A DNA stretch of 64,000 nucleotides from Candidatus Thorarchaeota archaeon (GCA_004376265.1 SOKL01000197.1:1678-65677), one strand, 5' to 3'. Shown: positions 54,222 through 64,000, counted from the first letter of the stretch. Numbers and translations: made by a program. Notes: generated from the letters alone by a model not told the origin.

Positions 54222-54779
54222 ATGAAGTTAATAATCGTGACTGGAATGCCGGGTGCAGGAAAAAGTGGATTTGCTTCAGCATTTCATAATGCTGGAATTC
54301 CGATAATTGTAATGGGTGATGTGATTCGAGAAGAAACAAAAAAACGAGGTCTTGATCCAAACCCAGAGAACACTAAGAATGTTATGCTGGAATTGAGAGA
54401 GAAAGATGGTCCTGGAGCTGTTGCATCATTCTGTGTAGACGAATTGAAGGGATTAACAACAGACGCAGTAGTTATCGATGGGTGCAAGAGCATAGCGGAA
54501 ATTGATGTCTTTGATGACTATGCTGATGAAGTTGTCATTGTCTGTGTTCACACATCCCCAAGAGAAAGATACACCCGTCTTAGAGAACGCAATCGTGATG
54601 ACGCGCCGCCGAGTTGGGAAATGTTTAGAGAGCGTGATATTCGAGAGATATCTGTAGGTGTAGGGGGCGTGATAGCACTAAGTGACATAATGGTCATCAA
54701 TAATGGCACACTCAAAGAATTCCAACATCAATCAGCGGAGCTCGTCAAGAGGATGGTCCAAGATGGATATTCTCATTAG
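54222..54779 (+). CDS. P-loop nucleotide-kinase-like protein (UPF0200 type)
   Basis: MKLIIVTGMPGAGKS P-loop, 185 aa. It is coupled to the downstream UPF0201-like gene. Confidence 0.6.
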   Translation: MKLIIVTGMPGAGKSGFASAFHNAGIPIIVMGDVIREETKKRGLDPNPENTKNVMLELREKDGPGAVASFCVDELKGLTTDAVVIDGCKSIAEIDVFDDYADEVVIVCVHTSPRERYTRLRERNRDDAPPSWEMFRERDIREISVGVGGVIALSDIMVINNGTLKEFQHQSAELVKRMVQDGYSH

Positions 54780-55185
54780 ATGTACAGTAAATCCAACGGA
54801 AGATGCTCTCAAAGTAAAGAGAGCTCTTGAAAATATCATCGGACTCCAAACATTCACTTCCGAGAATCACGGTGAGATAACAGAACTCGTTCTCACTGAT
54901 TCGAAGCAAGAATCACTGAATCTTGTGCGTCAAACGATTCACGAATTAAGAATTATCAATGCAGCTCGTAAGCGATTGTTGTCGAATTGGAACAATACAT
55001 CGACACAGATTCACTTTGACAAACAAGCCGCATTAGTTGGAAAATTAAGAATTATTGATGATAGTACCGATTTACCACCTTTAGGAACCATCGAGATTGG
55101 TCTTATTTTCGAGGAAGAATCACAATTTGAGGAATTCCTTCACTGGTTCACACCTCCAACCAAAAAAGGCCGGATTATCAATTAG
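54763..55185 (+). CDS. UPF0201-like small RNA-binding-fold protein
   Basis: Start at MDILIRCTVNPTEDALKVKRALENI, overlapping the upstream gene by 17 nt. The N-terminal V-x-P-T-E-D block is typical of this archaeal family. Confidence 0.5.
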   Translation: MDILIRCTVNPTEDALKVKRALENIIGLQTFTSENHGEITELVLTDSKQESLNLVRQTIHELRIINAARKRLLSNWNNTSTQIHFDKQAALVGKLRIIDDSTDLPPLGTIEIGLIFEEESQFEEFLHWFTPPTKKGRIIN

Positions 55186-56204
55186 AACCCCACAGTCAGT
55201 ATTTCTCTGACAAGTCCGGTGTGCACTTTGATACGAAGCATTTGACCAACTACAAGACCACTGTTTCTCACCAGATTCTGAATGTTCATCTTGCTACTTC
55301 CACAAATACACAGGCTTTCATTACGCCTACGGAGAATTGAATCAATATTTCCCAAAAGGCTCTCAACAAGGTGAACAGCATGGGCACCTCTTGTTGAACT
55401 AGCTCTTCCATATGGTGGATCAGTTACAATACAATCACACTCCCGGATTGGAATATTCCGAACATCTCCCTGAATGAAAGTATGATTGTTTCCAATTTCG
55501 GCTAGGTTTTCTACGCCTCCACTGAGTAAACGCCAATTCAAATCAATACCTACAGTCTTAGCACCTAACAATGAAGCCTCGCACAGAATCCCTCCCCCCC
55601 CACAGAACGGGTCGAGTATTATCTCGCCAGGCATAACACCAGCAAGATTACACATCACTCTGGCGAGAGTAGCGTTCATCATACTAGGGTGAAAGAATGG
55701 TTTTCGACCTGGATTACGATTCCGAAGACGAGGACGAAGCTGTGATGCATATGATTTACATACCAAGACCGAGTCTGGAAATAGAAAAACAAGAATTCGT
55801 GATTGAGGATTATCAAGAGACACACCAGCATGTGTGACTTTTTTGATGTGGGCACCCAATCTTGACTCGATTTCTTGTCTATCTCTGAACTTATTCTTCT
55901 TAGATACTGATATTGTTCTCACAGAGTATGTTTCGGTGGATCTAATTGAGTTTTTCAAAACATTTTCAGACAGGGTAGTTTCCAAAGCACCTTGGTCTGA
56001 CGTTTCAGTATAGACAATTCCGGCCTCTTTAACCAATGCAGCCCTCTCAAGCAAAAATGGGACTGGATTAGATGGACTATCAATCAATCCGATACGATCT
56101 CTCCATGATATTTCATCTAATTTCAATAAACGAACTAATGCATTGACCTCTGCTTGAGCCACATCAATATGCTCGCCAGATATGTAGACAAAATACTTGG
56201 TCAA
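55182..56204 (-). CDS. THUMP-domain tRNA (guanine-N2)-methyltransferase (Trm11/TrmG10 type)
   Basis: ILDPFCGGGGIL SAM motif and the catalytic DPPYG. Confidence 0.75.
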   Translation of the reverse strand: MTKYFVYISGEHIDVAQAEVNALVRLLKLDEISWRDRIGLIDSPSNPVPFLLERAALVKEAGIVYTETSDQGALETTLSENVLKNSIRSTETYSVRTISVSKKNKFRDRQEIESRLGAHIKKVTHAGVSLDNPQSRILVFLFPDSVLVCKSYASQLRPRLRNRNPGRKPFFHPSMMNATLARVMCNLAGVMPGEIILDPFCGGGGILCEASLLGAKTVGIDLNWRLLSGGVENLAEIGNNHTFIQGDVRNIPIRECDCIVTDPPYGRASSTRGAHAVHLVESLLGNIDSILRRRNESLCICGSSKMNIQNLVRNSGLVVGQMLRIKVHTGLVREILTVGF

Positions 56205-56214
56205 TCAACCATCC

Positions 56215-56979
56215 CTACTCGTATAGATTATCGCCGCCTGAAAAGACACGTTGCATTTCTCCGTATAACACGTCTATTCCAGTCATCTCCTTGGCTGAAA
56301 CTGGCACATTGCCAGTAGCTGTATCAAGAGTTCTCAGCATCTCAAGAATTGACCTTGCATACTCTCGACGCAATCCTTCTTCAGATGCATCAAGAGCTTC
56401 TTCTAGCGTATATATCTCGGCACCCCACTCAACGATCTCTTCCAACTCGATTTCAGTCAAAATATCTGGTTTACTTAAGACGTTCAATTGCGGAAGTCCA
56501 AACCGAATGCTGATTGAAATTCCAAGAAGAGTTGATGAGAGATACCCCGTCGGGGTCCGAGCAATATTCGAGTCAAGTAGGTACAGAGATAGTGCTGGAT
56601 CATCCCCCTTGAGACTAGAAACCATCAATGGTCCAGAGTTACGGTACGCAAAGAGCTCCATCTGCCCCGGACAATCCACAAGAACATAGTCTCGTTCTGT
56701 ATCGATAATCTCATCTCGTAAATCACTGGCATGACTAATTGCCATATCTAATGACGCAACGAGAGCACCATTAGGACCCAAACCAAAAGAGCTCATCACT
56801 TCTCCATAGTTGACATACTCCCTAATATCAACATCACTTGTATACGGAGGTGAATCTACACCTGGATCAAGATTGACTACTGTTACGCTTAGATCCGATC
56901 CCACAAACCATTTTTCTAATGAAGACGTAAGTAAGGATTTACCTGATCCTGCAGTACCGACAATAAATATGAAAAACAT
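56215..56979 (-). CDS. GPN-loop GTPase
   Basis: Start at MFFIFIVGTAGSGKS. VNLDPG, the signature GPNGAL, and PGQMELF. Confidence 0.85.
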   Translation of the reverse strand: MFFIFIVGTAGSGKSLLTSSLEKWFVGSDLSVTVVNLDPGVDSPPYTSDVDIREYVNYGEVMSSFGLGPNGALVASLDMAISHASDLRDEIIDTERDYVLVDCPGQMELFAYRNSGPLMVSSLKGDDPALSLYLLDSNIARTPTGYLSSTLLGISISIRFGLPQLNVLSKPDILTEIELEEIVEWGAEIYTLEEALDASEEGLRREYARSILEMLRTLDTATGNVPVSAKEMTGIDVLYGEMQRVFSGGDNLYE

Positions 56980-57081
56980 CTGAAGTCCCAATTCGGAGTA
57001 TCAGAACTCCCTCTTTGAGTTCTTCGGTATTGCACAAATTTTCTAAACGCCTACCACAATATCAGTCGGCAGTCAACGAAT

Positions 57082-57879
57082 TTGAAATCGGCGTATGCGC
57101 AACTCTTATCAGCGATTCAGGAAGGCAGACCAAATATGGACAATAGTGAGGCACTCCGGAGGCTTGCAGAGGCAATGGCTGGCGAGATATGTCTCACAGA
57201 ACATGATCCTGGATTAATCATGCGTCGTTGGCGTGAACGATTTCATATCTCTCAGAAAAACCTTGCAAAGCACCTTAGTGTATCCCCGTCAGTCATTAGT
57301 GATTATGAAAGTGGTAGAAGGAAGTCCCCCCGTGTTGAAACTATCAAACGTTTTGTTGAAGGATTGATAGAGATGGATGCTGCAGATGGAGGAAGAGTAT
57401 CTATGGCACTTGAAAAGCTGATTACCCCAGAAATTGCCTCAGATGCAATTCTTGATAGTCGCGAGTTTGGAGTTCCTATTCCCTCTCGGCTGCTTGTGGA
57501 TCATCTTGACTGCAAAGTACTTACGCATCGAAACTTACTCGATAGAGACATCTATGGTTATACTGCACTTGATAGCATAAAAGCAATCGTGAGTCTCACT
57601 CCTCAACAACTGCTTCGGCTATATGGTGGAACAACGCAACGTGGCGCGATCCTCACTAATGTGTCCACAGGTAAATCCCCGATGGTTGCAATAAAAGCTA
57701 GTCAGATTGGCACTTCTGTAGCAATAAAACCAGCAGTAGTCATATTACAAGGAGTAAAAGAGATAGATTCTATTGCGGTACGCATTGCAGACAGCATTCA
57801 CATTCCTCTATGTGTGTCAGAGATTGAATCTGCCGAAGAGTTGATTCGTGAATTACGATTGTTTGACCCTCAGATGTAA
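57082..57879 (+). CDS. XRE-type HTH protein with archaeal C-terminal domain (predicted transcriptional regulator)
   Basis: ISQKNLAKHLSVSPSVISDYESGRRKSP. The start may be the ATG at 57136. Confidence 0.6.
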   Translation: MKSAYAQLLSAIQEGRPNMDNSEALRRLAEAMAGEICLTEHDPGLIMRRWRERFHISQKNLAKHLSVSPSVISDYESGRRKSPRVETIKRFVEGLIEMDAADGGRVSMALEKLITPEIASDAILDSREFGVPIPSRLLVDHLDCKVLTHRNLLDRDIYGYTALDSIKAIVSLTPQQLLRLYGGTTQRGAILTNVSTGKSPMVAIKASQIGTSVAIKPAVVILQGVKEIDSIAVRIADSIHIPLCVSEIESAEELIRELRLFDPQM

Positions 57880-57904
57880 TAAATGTTCAAAATGGTGAAG
57901 CTCA

Positions 57905-59200
57905 ATGGAATTCTCTATGGAAATCAATGACCCCATTCATGGCTTTATTGGTCTAACTGATATTGAGGCCAAAATAATCAACTCACTACCCTATCAGAGA
58001 CTACGAAGAATCAAACAACTTTCAGGTGGACATTTCGTTTATCCAACAGCGGAACACACTCGATTCGGGCATTGTATAGGTGTGATGTACCTTGCGGGGT
58101 TAAGTGGTAAGAGACTTCTAAATCGAATGGGTCTAGGAGACAAAAAACTACAGGAAATACGAATAGCTGGTTTGCTTCATGATATTGGACACGGACCATT
58201 CAGCCATGTCTTTGAAGAAGTACTGATAGAGAAACGGGGAATGAACCACGAGGATGTGACAGAGTGGATAATTCTCAAGAGTGAACTTGGAGAGATGTTA
58301 GAGTCAGAAGGAATCTCAAAGAAGCGTATTGGCGATCTTGTTCGTGGACGTCAAAAGACTAAGAAGGATTCAATTATCGCTGGGATAGTTGCTGGTCAGA
58401 TAGACTCTGATAAAATGGATTATTTGATTCGAGACTCGTTCTATTGTGGAGTCAATTATGGATTGGTTGATATTCATCGTCTAATTGATAGCATTGAAAT
58501 CTCGAAAGATTATCAGATGCAATTTGACATCGCTGCAAGAGGAGCTTTAGAATCGTTTCTTGTAGCTAGATACGAGATGTTCCTCAATGTCTACTATCAC
58601 AAGACTGTACGAAGCGTCGAGGTGATGTTAATCAAGCTAATTAATGCAGCAGATAACACACTACAATTGACCAGTTTTTCAACACCTGAAGAATTCATTG
58701 AATTAGATGATATGTCACTGATATCCAGAATACGGAGCATTGATCCATCTGAGTCTGAAGATGCTAAAGAGGCTGCAAGAATGGTCAATCTTCTAGATTC
58801 GCGTGTCTTGTATAAATCCGCTTTTGAAAAAGTACTTCACACTCAGGATAGATTCGTTTCCAAGATTCTCACTAAGAGCAAGGTTCGTGAAAGCATTCAG
58901 GAAGAGATTGCCTCCATTGCAGGTGTTGAAAAGGACGAAGTTATTGTTGATGTACCTACATTGCCATCGGTTCCATACAATCCCCACCAGCTTGACCCAA
59001 TGGAGATAAATATCTTTGAAATCATTGATGGTAAGAGAATTCCTCACAATCTCTCAGAGTATTCAAATATTGCAGAAATGATGAAAGTATATCTAGACGT
59101 GATTCGAGTCTATACTTTCGAGAAGAACCGCGTAAAAGTTGGTAAAGCGGCACGTGCAGTCTTTCAGGAAGTACCCGATGCAGCCCTGATTCACATGTAG
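57905..59200 (+). CDS. HD-domain dNTP triphosphohydrolase-like protein (SAMHD1/dGTPase-like)
   Basis: HTRFGHCIGV, LLHDIGHGPFSH and DSDKMDYLIRDSFYCG. Confidence 0.75.
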   Translation: MEFSMEINDPIHGFIGLTDIEAKIINSLPYQRLRRIKQLSGGHFVYPTAEHTRFGHCIGVMYLAGLSGKRLLNRMGLGDKKLQEIRIAGLLHDIGHGPFSHVFEEVLIEKRGMNHEDVTEWIILKSELGEMLESEGISKKRIGDLVRGRQKTKKDSIIAGIVAGQIDSDKMDYLIRDSFYCGVNYGLVDIHRLIDSIEISKDYQMQFDIAARGALESFLVARYEMFLNVYYHKTVRSVEVMLIKLINAADNTLQLTSFSTPEEFIELDDMSLISRIRSIDPSESEDAKEAARMVNLLDSRVLYKSAFEKVLHTQDRFVSKILTKSKVRESIQEEIASIAGVEKDEVIVDVPTLPSVPYNPHQLDPMEINIFEIIDGKRIPHNLSEYSNIAEMMKVYLDVIRVYTFEKNRVKVGKAARAVFQEVPDAALIHM

Positions 59201-59286
59201 AACGGCATCTCAAATTCTGTGTGGTGATTATATAGTCACGAGATGGATTCTATTTTGAACCCAACAATCTGTCCGGGGCTGAGGAC

Positions 59287-60234
59287 TTGAGTGACGAAAT
59301 TACTGAAACCCTACAGAACATTAAAGCCATTACAGGCGTTGAAAACGTTGTTTTAATTCAAAAGGATGGGCTTCCTGTTGCAAGTGCAGGAGTATGGTTC
59401 AGTAAGGACGAAGTCTTTGCGGTGGCGTCTTCGACTTGTGCCATCTTTGGTGTTGCCAAGCTTATTCATGGGGATTTCAAGTATCTTCTAATGGAATCTG
59501 ATACTTCTAAGGTCTTCCTTGCATCCCTACCAAATGACCCTAACTATTTCCTAACGGTAACCACTGCACCGAGAGTGAACCTTGCCGCATTATTCATTGA
59601 AATGAAAGATAGTCTATCTCGACTTTCTTTCTTATTAAGGCAGCAAGGAGATGGAAGGTTTCCACCTCTTCGATCATATAGCCTTGACGAAACCAAGCAA
59701 GTTCTCCAAGGTTTTGCAGTAGCGGAAGGGCGTGATACAACTTATGGTGTATCACGTTCAATGATTTCCCTAGACCGTTCACAAGCACTGAGTCTTAGAG
59801 CACTACTTCGTCAAGTTTATGACTGTATTCCAAATATTGGATCAGTATTTTTGTCACTTAGTGGAGGTGTCCGAGTCTCGTTGGAAGGATTTACCAACGA
59901 TAGACTCGCTGCAATGTCCTTTGCACTCCACGATGCCTCAGAACGAGTGGTCCGAACGTTGAGGAATAGACCCCTTCAGACGGTCTTATGTGAAACAGAA
60001 GATACGCGCCATTTTATCTATGCAGTTCCAAATGGTGTATTTAGTCTGTGGGTGAATAGAAAAGGTCAGAAGCTTGGTCTCATGAGACTACTTCTGAAGC
60101 ACTATATCGAAGAGATAAGAAGAGTTCTAGCGTCAGCAGCCGCAGTAAAGCCTGCTGTCCCAGATGAATTGAAAGAACTGCTATTGTCCGGGAGTTCCGA
60201 TGGCGGTTTGATGCTAACGAGGAGAGAACCATGA
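59287..60234 (+). CDS. tandem Roadblock/LC7 (MglB-like) domain protein
   Basis: TTG start. The first domain is ITGVENVVLIQKDGLPVASAG...AVASSTCAIFG. The second is IGSVFLSLSGGVRVSLEGFTNDRLAAMSFALHDASER. Confidence 0.65.
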   Translation: MSDEITETLQNIKAITGVENVVLIQKDGLPVASAGVWFSKDEVFAVASSTCAIFGVAKLIHGDFKYLLMESDTSKVFLASLPNDPNYFLTVTTAPRVNLAALFIEMKDSLSRLSFLLRQQGDGRFPPLRSYSLDETKQVLQGFAVAEGRDTTYGVSRSMISLDRSQALSLRALLRQVYDCIPNIGSVFLSLSGGVRVSLEGFTNDRLAAMSFALHDASERVVRTLRNRPLQTVLCETEDTRHFIYAVPNGVFSLWVNRKGQKLGLMRLLLKHYIEEIRRVLASAAAVKPAVPDELKELLLSGSSDGGLMLTRREP

Positions 60235-61151
60235 CATATTCAATCATGCGACTGATAGAGTTAATGGGTGATCAGTTTCCAATCCTATTAAACTCAATCT
60301 TGGAACGAATGCCAGTAATTGTGGCTGGTGGGGACATTGAACTTGTAGATGACATTACTGAAAGTCTTTCTACACTAAGTCCACATCGCCACAAATTGGT
60401 ATTCTGGCGAGACTTCACCTCTGAATCTGAGATACTCTCAGTCTGGGAAGAAGAGAAACATAACTACGAGGTGAGAAGAACCGTCGTTTGTGGACTTTCG
60501 GGAAATCTCAGACTTGCAATGGATAGGATTACACACTTTGCAGGGTGGATATTAACAGTACCAATTGGATTTACGGTTCTTGGAGTTCAAGTGACTGAGA
60601 ACACACTACAAGATGTTACAGCACACATCCTCAAGAAATCAGAGAACTGCGGAATCCTAAGGGTGAGTTCACCGTCATCAATAACGTTCTCACTTGTAAG
60701 ACATTCAAACAATAGTCTCGAGGTTGAGAAGAAGATTGTAAACAAGATATTAATCCGCAAGAAGCAGTCATTGGAGAGAATAAGACGTCTCCTTACAAAA
60801 TCACTTCGAGGGCTTAATGTTTCAGATCATGTCCTGACTGCAGTTCTCAATTTGGATGATGAATCTGATAAGATTACACAGGATGTTTTCGAGGAAGAGA
60901 TTAACAATTATGTTCATGCTGCACGTAGAGCAGTAACTCTATTGTCAAGAATTCGATTGGTCCGAGAACTTGGTGCATCAACGACACTTACGGAGAGGAA
61001 CCTCTATGAAACCATTGGTTGGGATGGTGGGGATTTACCAGCCCTCATTCAATTCATCAGATCAGAGTGGCATGAAGATTTCTCTGACTGTGTTAAGAGC
61101 GGCGCTTTGTCTGGTCTTGGAGCTTGGGTAGATAGTATGTGGGGAACGTAG
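60231..61151 (+). CDS. hypothetical protein, middle gene of Roadblock-GTPase operon
   Basis: ATGA start/stop overlap with the upstream gene. 306 aa with no P-loop. PVIVAGGDIELVDD looks like a degenerate nucleotide-binding strand-loop. Confidence 0.5.
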   Translation: MTYSIMRLIELMGDQFPILLNSILERMPVIVAGGDIELVDDITESLSTLSPHRHKLVFWRDFTSESEILSVWEEEKHNYEVRRTVVCGLSGNLRLAMDRITHFAGWILTVPIGFTVLGVQVTENTLQDVTAHILKKSENCGILRVSSPSSITFSLVRHSNNSLEVEKKIVNKILIRKKQSLERIRRLLTKSLRGLNVSDHVLTAVLNLDDESDKITQDVFEEEINNYVHAARRAVTLLSRIRLVRELGASTTLTERNLYETIGWDGGDLPALIQFIRSEWHEDFSDCVKSGALSGLGAWVDSMWGT

Positions 61152-61167
61152 GAACGGAGGACAGAAC

Positions 61168-61749
61168 ATGATTATTGACTATGGAAATCGTACAGTAGGA
61201 TTGAAAATCGTCTTCTTTGGACCAGCGATGAGTGGAAAAACGACATCAATACGCTGGTTATTTTCAACACTCGACTATGCTGAAAAACTAACATCCATAG
61301 AAAATACAGTGGGACGTACAATGTTCTGTGATTTTGGTACGATTCCATTCTCTCTGAGTAACAGATGGACGATAAATGCTCATGTCTGGTCTGCTACGGG
61401 GCAAGATTTCTACAGATCTACAAGAGAAGTTGTGCTAGTTGGGGCTGATGGTGTGATTTTTGTTGCAGACTCTCAAGAACATCTCCAAGATGAGAATCTA
61501 GCAAGCTGGAATGAGCTAATGTCTATGATCGAAGGGGAGGAACGACCGCTCCCGCTTATTGTATGTCTCAATAAGCAAGATTTACCTGAGGCCTTACGGG
61601 AGGACCAACTTCGAACACATCTGAAGATTCCATCTTCAGTACCTGTGTTTATGAGTATTGCGCGAGAAGGACATAATATCGTGGAAGCATTTCAATATCT
61701 CTTTCAAAATGCAATGCGTGCGAGTGTTCTTGCTCAACCTATCTCATGA
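61168..61749 (+). CDS. small Ras-superfamily GTPase (MglA/Arf-like)
   Basis: G1 GPAMSGKT, G2 Thr in VGRTMF, G3 WSATGQ and G4 NKQD. GGAGG lies 7 nt upstream of the ATG. Confidence 0.75.
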   Translation: MIIDYGNRTVGLKIVFFGPAMSGKTTSIRWLFSTLDYAEKLTSIENTVGRTMFCDFGTIPFSLSNRWTINAHVWSATGQDFYRSTREVVLVGADGVIFVADSQEHLQDENLASWNELMSMIEGEERPLPLIVCLNKQDLPEALREDQLRTHLKIPSSVPVFMSIAREGHNIVEAFQYLFQNAMRASVLAQPIS

Positions 61750-61873
61750 GCGCGAAATCAATCGAATCGAACCGATATCGAACAAACCATTTATACCCCC
61801 AATCGTGACAACAGCCGCAGTTCTGGACTGAACAACAATCATTGATGTAAAATAATATCCGAGGCTGCAGTTC

Positions 61874-63553
61874 TTGAATTCAAGTCAAAAGAAACCTAAT
61901 TTTGTATTCATCACAGGTGGTGTACTCTCAGGAATAGGCAAAGGAGTAACTACAGCTTCTATCGCTAAATTATTCCAGTTTCGAGGATATAGCATTCGGA
62001 TAATCAAGATTGATCCGTATTTGAATATTGATCCCGGTACACTGAATCCAATTGAACACGGAGAGGTCTTTGTGACAGACCAGACTTGGACATTCAAACC
62101 CGTTTCCGAATTTGAGTTCGAAATCTCAGAAATTGACCTAGATTTTGGTACCTATGAACGATTCACAGGAATGGAAGTTCATCCTTCGCAAAATATTACA
62201 TCTGGTCAAATCTACATATCCGTCATCCTTGAAGAACGGAAGGGCGGTTTCTTAGGTCGGACTGTACAAATCATTCCTCACGTTACTGAAAGAATCAAAC
62301 AACGAATCTGGGAAGTCGTTGAGAAAGAACCAGTACCTGATATTCTATTGGTCGAAATCGGAGGTACTGTTGGTGATATTGAAGCTAGTCCATTTCTTGA
62401 AGCAGTAAGACAGCTTGTCAGTGAACAGGGTCATAACAACACTGCTGTAGTTCATGTCACACTTGTACCTTACATAAAATCAGTTGGAGAGTTCAAGACC
62501 AAACCAACACAACACAGTGTTAGAACGCTTCAAAGTCTAGGTCTCCAACCCGACATCATGATATGTAGAGCAGAGAAACGTCTTCCAAATCCTGCTAAGG
62601 AGAAGATAGCTCTATTTTGTAATGTTCCTAAAGAGAGAGTAATTTCCAATCCAGATATTCCTGTAATTTATCAACTCCCACTGTCTTTCGAGGAAGAAGG
62701 TCTTGGAACTATACTTGTAGATCATTTTGGATTAGAGCAGAGAGAGTCAAAGACTGAAACTTGGACTAAAATGGTTAAGTCCTTTGAAAATGTATCAGAA
62801 ACCGTAGTGATTGCTATGCCTGGTAAGTACACTACACTTGGTGATTCATACAAGAGTATCAACCAGGCTCTATCGCACGCCGCAGCATCTGTTGGTTGTC
62901 AAATTGAGATAAAGTGGATTGAAACAGAGGAGAGAAGTACTGAGGAATGTCTTATTGAGGACTTATCGAATGTGGATGGGGTTCTTCTTACTCCGGGTTT
63001 TGGAGAACGTGGTGTCGAAGGGATGATATGTGCTGCTAATGTCACATTAGATTCCAAGATTCCCCTTCTAGGAATTTGTTATGGTGCACAACTATCTGTA
63101 GTAGCATTTGCTCGGAAAGTAATGGGTTGGAAAGGAGCACATACTACCGAGGTAGATATTGATAGTCTTTATCCAGTCGTTGATTTGTTGGATGAACAGA
63201 AAATCATTGATGACAAGGGTGGAACTATGCGTCTTGGAGGTCATGATGTTGTTATCATGAAAGGCACGCGATTACATGAGCTTTACAAAACCGAAACAGT
63301 TCACGAGAGATTTCGCCACAGATTCCACCTAATCGACCGATACCTAAACAAGATGAACGAAAAGGGTTTGAAGGTTTCCGCTCATGACTCAACTGGACAT
63401 ATAATCAATGCAATCGAACATGTCGATCATCCTTTCTGGATTGGAGTTCAATATCATCCAGAGTTCAAATCACGACCAGGTAAACCACATCCCCTTTATT
63501 TGGGCCTAATAAGGGCCGCAATTGAATATAAGAAGGTGAGAGGGAAAAACTAG
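61874..63553 (+). CDS. pyrG: CTP synthase
   Basis: TTG start. FVFITGGVLSGIGKG, a glutaminase domain with GICYGAQ, and HPEF. Confidence 0.9.
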   Translation: MNSSQKKPNFVFITGGVLSGIGKGVTTASIAKLFQFRGYSIRIIKIDPYLNIDPGTLNPIEHGEVFVTDQTWTFKPVSEFEFEISEIDLDFGTYERFTGMEVHPSQNITSGQIYISVILEERKGGFLGRTVQIIPHVTERIKQRIWEVVEKEPVPDILLVEIGGTVGDIEASPFLEAVRQLVSEQGHNNTAVVHVTLVPYIKSVGEFKTKPTQHSVRTLQSLGLQPDIMICRAEKRLPNPAKEKIALFCNVPKERVISNPDIPVIYQLPLSFEEEGLGTILVDHFGLEQRESKTETWTKMVKSFENVSETVVIAMPGKYTTLGDSYKSINQALSHAAASVGCQIEIKWIETEERSTEECLIEDLSNVDGVLLTPGFGERGVEGMICAANVTLDSKIPLLGICYGAQLSVVAFARKVMGWKGAHTTEVDIDSLYPVVDLLDEQKIIDDKGGTMRLGGHDVVIMKGTRLHELYKTETVHERFRHRFHLIDRYLNKMNEKGLKVSAHDSTGHIINAIEHVDHPFWIGVQYHPEFKSRPGKPHPLYLGLIRAAIEYKKVRGKN

Positions 63554-63573
63554 TGGAGCGCACTCTTGATAAG

Positions 63574-64000
63574 ATGTTGTCAAAACTAGTTGAGGAAATC
63601 GAGCATATCGAAGTCACAAAAACGCGTTTTGGAGAGGTGCTTCGAAATGTAAAGAAAAGGATAGACTTGAGTAAATTTCCCGCTGTTGCATCTAACATTA
63701 TTGATATGCAATTAACGACGAAGATTAAACCGACCACCTTGTCTGGCCTTAGAATAGTTGGGGTTGATGGAGGTCTTGTACGAAAACGTTTCAGGTCCAT
63801 GGATTTGATTCTGACAAAAAGTATTGCAGTAATATTCCATTTTGGTCCGGAAGAAGGACCAACAGTCGATTTCTTTCCAGAAGCTTTTCCAGAACTTAAA
63901 ATCAGACCATTGATGCTAACTTTGTCAAGTGTAGAAATAGACCAGCTAGCGTCTCTTGAGCGAATTGCCGCAGAACTGCGAGTGACTTTATCAGTCCTTG
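63574..64000 (+). CDS. partial ORF running off the right edge, possibly a NurA-like nuclease
   Basis: Own translation: MLSKLVEEIEHIEV...LRIVGVDGGLVRKRFRSMDLILTKSIAVIF... The hydrophobic-VDG(G/S) strand resembles NurA motif I. No stop before 64000, and GTG 63553 is an alternative start. Confidence 0.35.
   Translation, partial: MLSKLVEEIEHIEVTKTRFGEVLRNVKKRIDLSKFPAVASNIIDMQLTTKIKPTTLSGLRIVGVDGGLVRKRFRSMDLILTKSIAVIFHFGPEEGPTVDFFPEAFPELKIRPLMLTLSSVEIDQLASLERIAAELRVTLSVL

Noticed and set aside
61752-61790. Short ATCGAA-type tandem-like repeats (aatcaatcgaatcgaaccgatatcgaac) downstream of the GTPase gene
   Set aside because: Only three imperfect 6-7-nt units with no wider periodicity. Probably chance low complexity in a terminator or promoter gap.
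1-64000. CRISPR arrays, rRNA genes, transposases, integrases and prophage-like genes
   Set aside because: I saw no regularly spaced direct repeats, no rRNA-like conserved stretches and no recombinase or transposase motifs. The tRNA genes are not flanked by integrase genes or obvious att duplications.

Overview
Archaeal chromosomal segment, AT-rich (roughly 40% GC by eye) and densely coded. I count about 60 protein genes and 5 tRNA genes. I saw no rRNA, CRISPR array, transposase or integrase.

Content is dominated by information processing:
- Transcription: TFE, MBF1, TFB, a probable Rpo8.
- Protein handling: PAN, NAC, ribosomal protein S10.
- A replication island at 41.4-51.1 kb: Orc1/Cdc6, RFC large and small subunits, a GINS subunit, MCM, Hel308.
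- tRNA/rRNA modification enzymes: TlyA-like, Trm5/Taw2, TruA, Trm11.
- Anaerobic amino-acid/2-oxoacid metabolism: IorAB, ADP-forming acetyl-CoA synthetase alpha, an orphan KorA-like subunit, and an LKR + SDH saccharopine pair.
- Others: HypF, GlmS, isopentenyl phosphate kinase, PyrG.

Four of the five tRNA genes carry introns, two at non-canonical positions, and all five encode CCA. These features, plus Rpo8, GINS next to MCM and a Roadblock + small-GTPase operon, fit a TACK/Asgard-type archaeon. That lineage call is inference only.

Most interesting non-obvious signals:
1. An inverted pair of ORB-like boxes around an AT-rich core at 18.25-18.42 kb, bracketed by copies of the palindrome GGAACACGTGTTCT. 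This is a candidate replication origin that is not next to orc1.
2. The same palindrome recurs 5 times, 4 copies at that locus and one upstream of a deacetylase gene.
3. A third ORB-like box sits alone in a 486-bp gap at 22.5 kb.
4. A GC-rich, roughly 180-nt region at 11.7 kb is closed by a 10-bp stem (candidate ncRNA).
5. A 9-bp palindrome TGTAWTACA is concentrated in intergenic DNA between 7 and 18.5 kb.
6. A 1277-aa membrane-anchored HerA/FtsK/VirD4-like ATPase lies next to sequon-rich surface proteins, a secretion ATPase and an Flp-like pilin, with no platform gene.
7. A translationally coupled operon encodes a double-Roadblock protein, an unknown 306-aa protein and an MglA/Arf-like GTPase.

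All calls rest on reading the sequence and motif recognition. No searches were run.
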